Shown piece by piece: positions 14,548 to 22,540 of a stretch of 28,058 nt of DNA; position 1 is the first letter of the stretch, and each line of letters begins with the position of its first letter. The notes under the pieces are model-generated. The model was given only the letters and a program-made list of their open reading frames with translations. It was not told the origin of the DNA and did not search any database. Both the position numbers and the translations under genes were made by a program. The stretch spans positions 62,001 through 90,058 of the forward strand of contig DASRGZ010000215.1 in NCBI GenBank assembly GCA_035650735.1. Direction: 5' to 3'. Origin of the DNA: Chthonomonadaceae bacterium. Its GTDB lineage: Bacteria > Armatimonadota > Chthonomonadetes > Chthonomonadales > Chthonomonadaceae.

Positions 14548-17028
14548 TTAGCTTTCCAGCACGTCGGTGGCCTGCGCCTGCCAGCCGTCTGCCGTGCGCC
14601 GCAGCCGCCAGGTGGCGATCCGGTAGGGAGCCATCGGGCTGAGCGGGACATTGGCGCCGAGCCAGGTCAACTGCGGCTTGGTCGTAGCGCCTGCCGTCTC
14701 CTGGAGGCGCAATATCCACCCCTGGCCGTCCTCGGCGGGCTTGAGCGCCAGAATACGCAGCGAAGAGGGCGACAGGGAAGCCAGGGAGCCGGCGCGCGGC
14801 AGGTCGCCGCCCTTGGCCGGCACGAGCAGAACGACGGGCGGCTCCTCCAGCTCGCGCGCCAGCACGGGCAGATTCTCGTCGCCGGGCGCCAGCAGGAACC
14901 GGAACCGCAATTCCCCGGCATCCGCCGCCGGAACCCACGGCTCTTCCTCCGGCCCGGCCTTGACGTCCGTGGCGTAGCGGCCTGAGCGCACAACCGTCAC
15001 CTGCAGCGCGCCCTCCTTGCAGTCAAAGGCGTACAGGGCGTCGCTGGCAAAGCCGAAGTCTCCCTGCGGCCCCTGCACGCGCACCCACCGTCCTCCCGGC
15101 ACCTCGCCGAGCGGCCCGCGCGCAACGCTCCCGCCTGGCACCTCAAAGGTCGCCTGATCGCCCAGGGGAAACACCAGCTTCAGGCGGGCGGCCCGCTCGT
15201 TCCAGAACACCCGCGCCCGCACATCCACGGCGTCCCGCCCCCGGCTCAGCAGGAAGGTCAGATCCAGCCGCGAGTTATCGCCCCGCAGGCGCACCCAGAG
15301 CGCCGCGCGCTCCGGGCCGATCTCCAGCGCCTCCACCTGCGTGATCCGCCACTGCGCGCGCACCGTGGAAAGGTCGAGCGACTCCGGCTCCTCGGCCATG
15401 CCGCCCCAAGAACCCCAGGGATCTTCGACCGTGATCGCCGAAAGGCCCCCACCAGTGAAAATCGGCTTGCCATGCCGCAAGATCGATACCGAGGTCTCGC
15501 CGGTCGCGGCCTGGACGGCGTAGAGGCCGTTCTCGATCCTTCCGGGCTGCGGCATGGAGGCGACAGGCCCCGCCGGAGCAGGCGGCGGCTCCGCGCCCTC
15601 CACCCAGGCCATCTCGAAGACGCTCCAGCCCAGCGGCGGCAGCTCCACCGGCACCAGGGCGCGCTTCCGCCACGCCATGTTCGTCATCGCCGCCCCCTCG
15701 GTGGCGATCAACTGGAAAGGAACCCGCTGCCGATCCGGCCCGCGTATCTCCACCGGCAGCTCCTCCGCCCGATTTGCGTAGGCCCAGATGGGCCGATAGT
15801 CCAGGTTCGCCTCCATCTCGATGTGGCCCCGGTAGGGATGGGGATGGGGGTTCCAGGCCAGCAGAACGGCGGCAGACGGGTGATCGCCCTCCGGCTTGGG
15901 CGTCGTCGTATCCACGCGCAGGGCCAGGGCGTCGAGAGCGTCCAGTTCCGCCTGCTGGCTTTGGTGCTGCGCGACGCCCAGCCAGGCCAGTTGGTCGTCA
16001 AAAGCGCGCTCGATGCTGGAGCCGGGCAGAATGTCGTGGAACGAATTGAACAGCACCGCGTCCCAGGCTTCGCCCAGATCGGCAGGCGGGCGATCCAGCG
16101 CCGCGCTCACTATCGCGCTCGTCCGTTCCGCGCTCGCCAGGCCCGCCTCGGCCTTGCGGTAGGCGAATTTAAACCGGGCTATGGAGGCGTAGCAGCCGCG
16201 CAGGCAGAAATTAAGCTCGCCCCTGTGCGTCGGCAGGAACGCCTCTCCTTTGCGCGCGGCCTCCTCATAGAGCGCATCAAAGAAACCGTGCAGGCCGGAG
16301 TGGATCACGCGCGCCTGCGGGTGCCGCTCCTTCCAGGCGCGAAGGTCGGCCAATTGGCGGCGCGTCGGCCCGCCGCCGTGATCGCCTACGCCGTAGAAAC
16401 AGCCGACGTTCTCCAGGTCGCCGCTCTGGAGCAGCGCCAGGCAGCCGTCCAACTTGCGCGGCATCTCCTCCCGCTCCGCGCCGTACCAGCCCACCGGTAT
16501 GCGATATCCCATCACGCGCGAGCCGCCCGGCCCCTCCCACCAGAAGGCGGGCTTCTCCAGATGCAGCTGTCCCTCGCCCGGACGGCTGAAGGCGTAGCCT
16601 TTGATCCCGACGGCGGCCAGTATCTCCGGCAGCCCGGCGCTGTGGCCGAACGAATCCGCCGACCACGCCACCCGCACCGTGCGCCCGAAACGCGCCTGGA
16701 AGTAGCGCTGGGCGCGCGTGAAGTGACGGGCATACGTTTCGGTTCCGGTTAGATTGGTGTCCGGCTGGAGATACGTGCCCCCGACCACATCCCAGCGCCC
16801 TTCCGCGACGTACTTTTGTATGCGCGCGAACGTCTCCGGGTCGTGCCGCTCGATGTGCTGGTAGATGACGGCCTCGCCGCGAATGAAGGTCAGGTCCCTC
16901 TCCTCGTCCATCAGGTCGAGGATAGCGCGGGCGGTAATGATGCCCTCGTTGAGGCCCTCGCGCCAGTCCCACAGCCAAACGGGATCGAGGTGCGCGTTGG
17001 CAATCAGATGGATCGTTGGAATGGTCAT
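14548..17028 (-). CDS. Glycoside hydrolase family 38 (alpha-mannosidase-like)
   Basis: HLIANAHLDPVWLW zinc ligands, WSADSFGHS nucleophile region, YGVGDHGGGP, FHDILPGSSI, ALKPAEDGQGWILRLQE. Confidence 0.93.
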   Translation of the reverse strand: MTIPTIHLIANAHLDPVWLWDWREGLNEGIITARAILDLMDEERDLTFIRGEAVIYQHIERHDPETFARIQKYVAEGRWDVVGGTYLQPDTNLTGTETYARHFTRAQRYFQARFGRTVRVAWSADSFGHSAGLPEILAAVGIKGYAFSRPGEGQLHLEKPAFWWEGPGGSRVMGYRIPVGWYGAEREEMPRKLDGCLALLQSGDLENVGCFYGVGDHGGGPTRRQLADLRAWKERHPQARVIHSGLHGFFDALYEEAARKGEAFLPTHRGELNFCLRGCYASIARFKFAYRKAEAGLASAERTSAIVSAALDRPPADLGEAWDAVLFNSFHDILPGSSIERAFDDQLAWLGVAQHQSQQAELDALDALALRVDTTTPKPEGDHPSAAVLLAWNPHPHPYRGHIEMEANLDYRPIWAYANRAEELPVEIRGPDRQRVPFQLIATEGAAMTNMAWRKRALVPVELPPLGWSVFEMAWVEGAEPPPAPAGPVASMPQPGRIENGLYAVQAATGETSVSILRHGKPIFTGGGLSAITVEDPWGSWGGMAEEPESLDLSTVRAQWRITQVEALEIGPERAALWVRLRGDNSRLDLTFLLSRGRDAVDVRARVFWNERAARLKLVFPLGDQATFEVPGGSVARGPLGEVPGGRWVRVQGPQGDFGFASDALYAFDCKEGALQVTVVRSGRYATDVKAGPEEEPWVPAADAGELRFRFLLAPGDENLPVLARELEEPPVVLLVPAKGGDLPRAGSLASLSPSSLRILALKPAEDGQGWILRLQETAGATTKPQLTWLGANVPLSPMAPYRIATWRLRRTADGWQAQATDVLES

Positions 17029-17330
17029 CGTGGATACCTCATACTCGGCGTTTTGCAGAAGGCTCTACCTCAACCCTGGCCTTTCTCCCGGTAGACCTAA
17101 TCCTCGGCACCGGTTGCCAGCCTATAATTCCCTGCCACCCCACGCATTCCTGCCGGACTCTCTTGCCGCAAAGAGGAATCGGCTGTCACGATGTGAAATA
17201 ATGCCCGTTGAAAGACCTGCGGCGCATTCTTCAGGCTGCGGTGTGCTTACCAGGCGCCGCTGCCGAGAAAGTGCTCGGCCCAGCCTGCGGCGTATTCCTT
17301 GATTGCGGCGTGCTGACAAGGAAATCCCAC

Positions 17331-19403
17331 ATGTCCGTTCATCCCAAGCGTTCTCAATCCGATGCGCCTTCTGCTTCGCCGACCGACTGGGTAGGGCAGT
17401 CGTCTTCCGGCCAGGAGGCCGTCGTCTCGGCGCTGGCCCGTCCGGCGCGCAGCGTGACGCCGCGCATCCTCCTGCTGGGCACGATCCTGATTTTTATCAA
17501 CTGTTACTGGGTCATCGAAGTCGAGGGCATCTGGCATACCAACCACGCCACCGCCATGTCCCTCTTCTGGAACACGACCTTCTTCCTGCTGCTCCTGGTT
17601 CTGCTCAATATCTTTATCCTCAAGCGGTTTCTCCCGCGCTTTGCCTTCTCCCAGGGGGAGCTGATCACCTGCTACGTGATGATGACCATCGCCTCCGCGC
17701 TGGCCGGGCACGATTCGCTGCAATTGGGCATCCCGGCGGTCGAAGGCTTCCCCGCCTGGTACCAGCAGCAGCAGCCCTCGCTCGGCTGGGATAAGTTCAA
17801 CAGCTTCTATCCCGATTGGGCGATGGTTAAAGACCCGGAGATACTGCGCCCGCTTTATGAGGGGCTTGGCTCGAACATCCTCTACACCAAGCCCCACCTG
17901 ATGGCCTGGGCCGGGCCGGTGCTCATCTGGTGCTGCTTCATCCTGGCGCTGGGCACGGTGATGATCTGCCTCAACGTCATCCTGCGCAAGCAGTGGATGG
18001 AGCATGAGAAGCTTTCCTACCCTATCGTGCAGTTGCCGATGGCCATGACGCAGGAGGGCGGCACGCTGGCCTTTTTCCGGCATAAGCCCTTCTGGCTGGG
18101 CATCGTCCTGGGCGCCTCGCTGGACATCTGGAACGGGCTGGCCACGCTCTATCCCTCCATTCCGCTCATCGTCGTCCGCCACGACCATCCCAGCCGCAAC
18201 CTGGGCGTCTTCTTCCAGACCTATCCCTGGAACGCTATCGGCGATATGCCGATGCCGCTCTACCCGTTCATCATCGCCCTGGGCTACTTTCTGCCGCTCG
18301 ACCTGTCCTTCTCGCTGTGGTTCTTCTATCTCTTCAAGAAGGGGCTGCTGGTCCTGGCCGCGATGCTGGGCGTGGAACCGGGCCGCATGAGCACCTTCCC
18401 CTACCTTAGCCAGCAGTCGTTCGGGGCGTGGTTTGCCATTATCGGCGTGGCGCTGTGGACGGCGCGCAGCCACTTCAAGCAGGTCTGGCACAAGGCACTG
18501 CATCCCCAGAATTCAACGCTTGACGACAGCCAGGAGCCGATGAGCTATCGCACGGCGGTGCTGGGCATCCTCGCGGGCATGGGCTTCCTCACCTGGTTCT
18601 GCCTGAAAGCGGGAATGACGCTTAGCATCGTCCTGATGTACTTTGGGTTCTTTTTCCTGCTCTCGGTGGGCATCACCCGCATCCGCGCCGAGCTTGGCCC
18701 GCCCGCCCATGAGATGGCCGGCAATATGAACGGCTCCTTCTTACTGACGCTGTTTATGGGCACGCAGGGCGTCGGCTTGCCGAACCTGACGATGATGAGC
18801 ATGTTCTGGTGGTTCAGCGGGCGCGGCTACCGCACCCACCCCATGCCTTGCCAGTTGGAAGCGATGAAGATGGGGCAGCAGGGCCGGGTAAACATGCGGG
18901 GCATGGGCTTTGCGATGATGTTCGCGATGTTCGTGGGTGGATTGGCGAGCTTCTGGGCGGCGCTGCACTTGCAGTACGGAGCGGGCGTCAACATGATGAC
19001 CGAGCACAACTGGGGCGAGTTCCAGCAGGTCAAGTCCTGGGCCGATTCGCCGGTGCAGCCGGACTTCTGGGGCCAGATTTGGGTCGGCATCGGGGCGTTA
19101 GCAGCGCTGGGGATGATGTGGATGCGGTTGCGCTTCCTCTGGTGGCCGTTCCACCCGGCGGGCTACGCTATCGCGCTCACCTTCGGCGCAGAGTACTACT
19201 GGTCGTGCCTGGTCATCAGCACCCTTCTAAAGTACTTCATCCTGCGCTACGGCGGCTACAAGCTGAACCGGCAGGTCATGCCGTTTATGTTCGGCATCAT
19301 CCTGGGCGAGTACGGCGTGGGCGCCTTCTGGAGCCTGCTTTCCCTCTTTCTGAATCACGGGCGCTTTATCAACATCAAGACCTACGATTTCTGTCCGGGT
19401 TAG
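17331..19403 (+). CDS. DUF6785/DUF6784 polytopic membrane protein (putative OPT-like transporter), paralog 1
   Basis: SQGELITCY, LRKQWMEHEKLSYPIVQLP, ITRIRAELGPP, WWPFHPAGY, ILRYGG, PFMFGIILG; ATG at 17331 with AAGGA upstream. Confidence 0.8.
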   Translation: MSVHPKRSQSDAPSASPTDWVGQSSSGQEAVVSALARPARSVTPRILLLGTILIFINCYWVIEVEGIWHTNHATAMSLFWNTTFFLLLLVLLNIFILKRFLPRFAFSQGELITCYVMMTIASALAGHDSLQLGIPAVEGFPAWYQQQQPSLGWDKFNSFYPDWAMVKDPEILRPLYEGLGSNILYTKPHLMAWAGPVLIWCCFILALGTVMICLNVILRKQWMEHEKLSYPIVQLPMAMTQEGGTLAFFRHKPFWLGIVLGASLDIWNGLATLYPSIPLIVVRHDHPSRNLGVFFQTYPWNAIGDMPMPLYPFIIALGYFLPLDLSFSLWFFYLFKKGLLVLAAMLGVEPGRMSTFPYLSQQSFGAWFAIIGVALWTARSHFKQVWHKALHPQNSTLDDSQEPMSYRTAVLGILAGMGFLTWFCLKAGMTLSIVLMYFGFFFLLSVGITRIRAELGPPAHEMAGNMNGSFLLTLFMGTQGVGLPNLTMMSMFWWFSGRGYRTHPMPCQLEAMKMGQQGRVNMRGMGFAMMFAMFVGGLASFWAALHLQYGAGVNMMTEHNWGEFQQVKSWADSPVQPDFWGQIWVGIGALAALGMMWMRLRFLWWPFHPAGYAIALTFGAEYYWSCLVISTLLKYFILRYGGYKLNRQVMPFMFGIILGEYGVGAFWSLLSLFLNHGRFINIKTYDFCPG

Positions 19404-19450
19404 CCGCCGACTCCTGTCCCTATTCCAGTGAAGGAAAGACCAGATTTTTG

Positions 19451-19468
19451 GACAGGATTTACAGGATT
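19451..19468. repeat. Nonamer repeat remnant (GACAGGATT TACAGGATT)
   Basis: Two near-identical 9-mers upstream of the Uma2 gene; no complete inverted arm seen. Confidence 0.4.
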
Positions 19469-19520
19469 ACACAAAGACAGAGAAGCCGGGCTTGGGTTGG
19501 TTGGCAAGGAGTTTCAAAAA

Positions 19521-20150
19521 ATGGCAACAGCAGCAAAGGGCGCTTCCCCTCCTTTGCTCACCTATGAGCAGTACATGGCGGAATTCCTGACCGAGCCGCC
19601 GACCATGCAGCCGTATGAGATCATAGAGGGGATACGCCATTTCATGAACACGCCCAACTGGCGGCATCAGCGTATTGTGCTAAATATTGCGGAAGCGCTG
19701 CATCGTTATGAGGAAGAGAGCGGCAAAGGGGTGGTCGGTCTCTTGCCTTTTGATGTTATTATCCGCCGTGTTCCCCGGTTGCAGACGCGCCAGCCGGACG
19801 TATTTTTCGTGAGCCATGAGCGCCTTGAGCAGGGTGGAGGCGTTCCTGCCGCAGGCCCATTGGAAGTCGGGCCAGAACTTGTGGTCGAAGTGCTCTCGCC
19901 AAGCGAAACGCCGTGCAGCCTTCAAGGTAAACTGGAGGATTATCGCAGCATCGGCGTGCAGGAATGCTGGATTGTCAGCCCGGACGCCGAAACCGTTCAG
20001 GTATTGCGCCTGGCCCCGGAAAAGATCGAAACGGTGGCGACCTATGCTTATGACCATACGCTTCACTCCGCGATCTTTCCTGATCTTTTGTCCTTGCCGT
20101 TGCCGAGATTTTCCCCTCCTGAAGGGGAACCTGGCAACGCCTATCTCTAA
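19521..20150 (+). CDS. Uma2-family (DUF820) PD-(D/E)XK endonuclease-like protein; possible frameshift near the C-terminus
   Basis: YEIIEG, HQRI, QPDVFFVS, PELVVEVLSPS, KLEDYRSIGVQECWIVSP; AAGGAG at 19506-19511. Confidence 0.9.
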   Translation: MATAAKGASPPLLTYEQYMAEFLTEPPTMQPYEIIEGIRHFMNTPNWRHQRIVLNIAEALHRYEEESGKGVVGLLPFDVIIRRVPRLQTRQPDVFFVSHERLEQGGGVPAAGPLEVGPELVVEVLSPSETPCSLQGKLEDYRSIGVQECWIVSPDAETVQVLRLAPEKIETVATYAYDHTLHSAIFPDLLSLPLPRFSPPEGEPGNAYL

Positions 20151-20173
20151 TCTCCTCTTGAGGATACGAACGC

Positions 20174-22186
20174 ATGGCAATCGCACAGCCGCATAAGGAA
20201 GCGGCGGGCATAACGGGGACAGGAAGCACCCTCGCGCCGGAGGGCGCGCAGAGGATGGCGCGCAGCCGGGCCGTGACCTGGCGCTCGGTGCTGCTGGCCC
20301 TGATCCTGTTGCCCATCAACTCCTACTGGGTGGTGCAGATGGAGGTCGTGCGCTACTCCGCGCACCCGACTACCATCTCGCTCTTCTTTAATACCATTTT
20401 CATTCTGCTCTGCCTGACCGTCCTCAACCGTTGCGTGGGCCGGTTTGCGCCGCGTGCTGCCCTTCAGCGGGGCGAGCTCCTGTTGGTCTACGCCATCCTC
20501 TCCATCGGCTCCTGCGTCTCCGGCCACGACATGCTCCAGGTGTTCGTGCCGATGCTGTCCTGGTCATTCCGGCACGCCGATAGCTCCAACGGCTGGGCCA
20601 CCCTCTTCAACCAGCGCCTGCCGAGCACCCTCTTTATCAAGGATGAGGCGATCTATAGGGGCTATTACATCGGCAACGACACCATCTGGAAGTGGCACTA
20701 CATTCAGGCGTGGCTGCCTGTCGTGCTGGCCTGGACGCTGTTTGTCTCGCTGCTGCTGTTTGTCATGCTCTGCATCAACGCCATCCTGCGCAAGCAGTGG
20801 ACCGATAACGAGCGGCTGACCTACCCGATTATCCAGTTGCCCCTCCAGATCACCAGCGGCCAGGCGTTTGAGCGCAAGGGCCTGTTTCGCAACCGGCTGT
20901 TCTGGGCCGGGTTTGTGGTGGCCGGGCTGATTGACACCATCAACAGCCTCAACTACTACTATCCCTCCATCCCCACCATCCTGACGCCGGGCTTCGGCCA
21001 GAGCTTCCTGGACATCGGCCCCTACGTGGTCAACAAGCCCTGGAACGCCATCGGCTGGACGCCGCTCTCCTTCTATCCGTTTATGATCGGGCTGGGGATG
21101 CTAATGCCCCTGGACTTCCTGTTCTCTACCTTTTTCTTCTATTGGTTCTGGAAGCTGGAAAAGGTAGCGGCGGTAGCGATGGCCTACGACCAGGACCCCC
21201 GCTTCCCCTACACCGAGAACCAGGCGTTCGGCGCGTATATGTCCTTCTGCCTCTTTTCCGTCTGGATCAGCCGGGGATATCTCAAGCAGGTGCTCTGGCG
21301 TGCCCTGGGCAAAAAATCCACCCTCGACGACAGCCAGGAGCCGATGACCTATCGCTCCGCGTTCCTGGGCATCCTCGTGGGTGTGGGCGGGCTGATCGCC
21401 TTTGCCGTCTACCTGGGGATGACCTGGTGGATCGGTATTATTTTCTTCCTGATGTACTTCGCGCTGGCCCTGGCGATCACACGGATGCGGGCGGAACTGG
21501 GCACGCCCGTGCATGACTTGCACTTTACCGGCCCCGAAATGATCATGACGCGCGTGGCTGGCAGCAAAGCCTTCGACGCCGAGAACCTGACCGTCTTTGC
21601 CCTCTTCTTCTGGTTCAACCGGGCCTACCGCTCCCACCCCATGCCCCATCAACTGGAAGCCTACAAGCTGGCCGAGCAGACCCGCAGCGACTACCGCCGA
21701 TGGACGGGAGCCATGCTCGTCCTGGGCGCGATCTCGGTGTTCGTAGCCTTCTGGGTCATCCTGTACCTGATGTATCACTACGGCGCGGAGGGCAAGTCTC
21801 GCATCACCTTCGGCCAGGAGCCTTTCGATACGCTGACGGCCTGGCTCAAGACGCCGCAGGTGGGCAAGTTCGGAGAGTTCATGGCGATCTGGGTGGGGTT
21901 CGGGATCGCCTTCCTGCTGCAATGGCTGCGCGTGCGCCTGCCCTGGTGGCCCCTGCATCCTCTGGCCTATGCCGTCACCTCCTCCTGGGAGATCAACCTG
22001 GTCTGGATGCCCCTGTTCCTGGCCTGGATATTCAAGTCCGTGATCCTACGCTACGGCGGGCGCGGCGGCTTCCACAAGGCGCTGCCCTTCTTCTTCGGGC
22101 TGATGCTGGGCCAGTTCGTGGTCGGAAGCCTCTGGAACATCTACGGCATCGCCCGAGAGCTGCCCACCTACCAGTTCTGGCAGTAG
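20174..22186 (+). CDS. DUF6785/DUF6784 polytopic membrane protein (putative OPT-like transporter), paralog 2
   Basis: RGELLLVY, LRKQWTDNERLTYPIIQLP, LDDSQEPMTYR, ITRMRAELGTP, WWPLHPLAY, ILRYGG, PFFFGLMLG; GAGGA upstream. Confidence 0.8.
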   Translation: MAIAQPHKEAAGITGTGSTLAPEGAQRMARSRAVTWRSVLLALILLPINSYWVVQMEVVRYSAHPTTISLFFNTIFILLCLTVLNRCVGRFAPRAALQRGELLLVYAILSIGSCVSGHDMLQVFVPMLSWSFRHADSSNGWATLFNQRLPSTLFIKDEAIYRGYYIGNDTIWKWHYIQAWLPVVLAWTLFVSLLLFVMLCINAILRKQWTDNERLTYPIIQLPLQITSGQAFERKGLFRNRLFWAGFVVAGLIDTINSLNYYYPSIPTILTPGFGQSFLDIGPYVVNKPWNAIGWTPLSFYPFMIGLGMLMPLDFLFSTFFFYWFWKLEKVAAVAMAYDQDPRFPYTENQAFGAYMSFCLFSVWISRGYLKQVLWRALGKKSTLDDSQEPMTYRSAFLGILVGVGGLIAFAVYLGMTWWIGIIFFLMYFALALAITRMRAELGTPVHDLHFTGPEMIMTRVAGSKAFDAENLTVFALFFWFNRAYRSHPMPHQLEAYKLAEQTRSDYRRWTGAMLVLGAISVFVAFWVILYLMYHYGAEGKSRITFGQEPFDTLTAWLKTPQVGKFGEFMAIWVGFGIAFLLQWLRVRLPWWPLHPLAYAVTSSWEINLVWMPLFLAWIFKSVILRYGGRGGFHKALPFFFGLMLGQFVVGSLWNIYGIARELPTYQFWQ

Positions 22187-22225
22187 AATTCACCACTGGC
22201 GGCACAGGGCCGCGCACTCGCCAGG

Positions 22226-22263
22226 GCGGAGTCCGGGTTTCCCGGCTCCGCTTTCCTGTTTTT
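22226..22263 (+). terminator. Intrinsic terminator
   Basis: GCGGAG(t)CCGGG-ttt-CCCGGCTCCGC followed by TTTCCTGTTTTT. Confidence 0.7.
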
Positions 22264-22359
22264 AGGGCCGGCACGAGGCCGATCGCCCGAACGGCACAGC
22301 TTGTACATTGGATTTTTTTTAATGGAACCGTTAAAAAAAAACCTGTCCTCTTGGTGAAT

Positions 22360-22387
22360 TTGGCACGATTCCTGCAGTTCGTACAAT
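22360..22387 (+). promoter_or_regulatory. Candidate sigma70 promoter for the polysaccharide locus
   Basis: TTGGCA-N16-TACAAT downstream of an AT-rich inverted repeat (22313-22340). Confidence 0.35.
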
Positions 22388-22540
22388 GCTGCTCCGATGA
22401 GGGATCGAGCCATTAACCCCGCATCTACCATCCGACTACGCTGGTTGGCTTTCCCCATGCCTGGGCTTTGTCTTGGAAGTTTGGAGTGCAGCGCCCTGCC
22501 GCGCCAGTGGCTAACTTTAAGGAATAGGGAATAGGTAGCT

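Noticed and set aside
15472..18503. Long antisense ORFs 15472..16752 (+) and 17247..18503 (-)
   Set aside because: Opposite well-supported GH38 and DUF6785 genes, with no motifs of their own.
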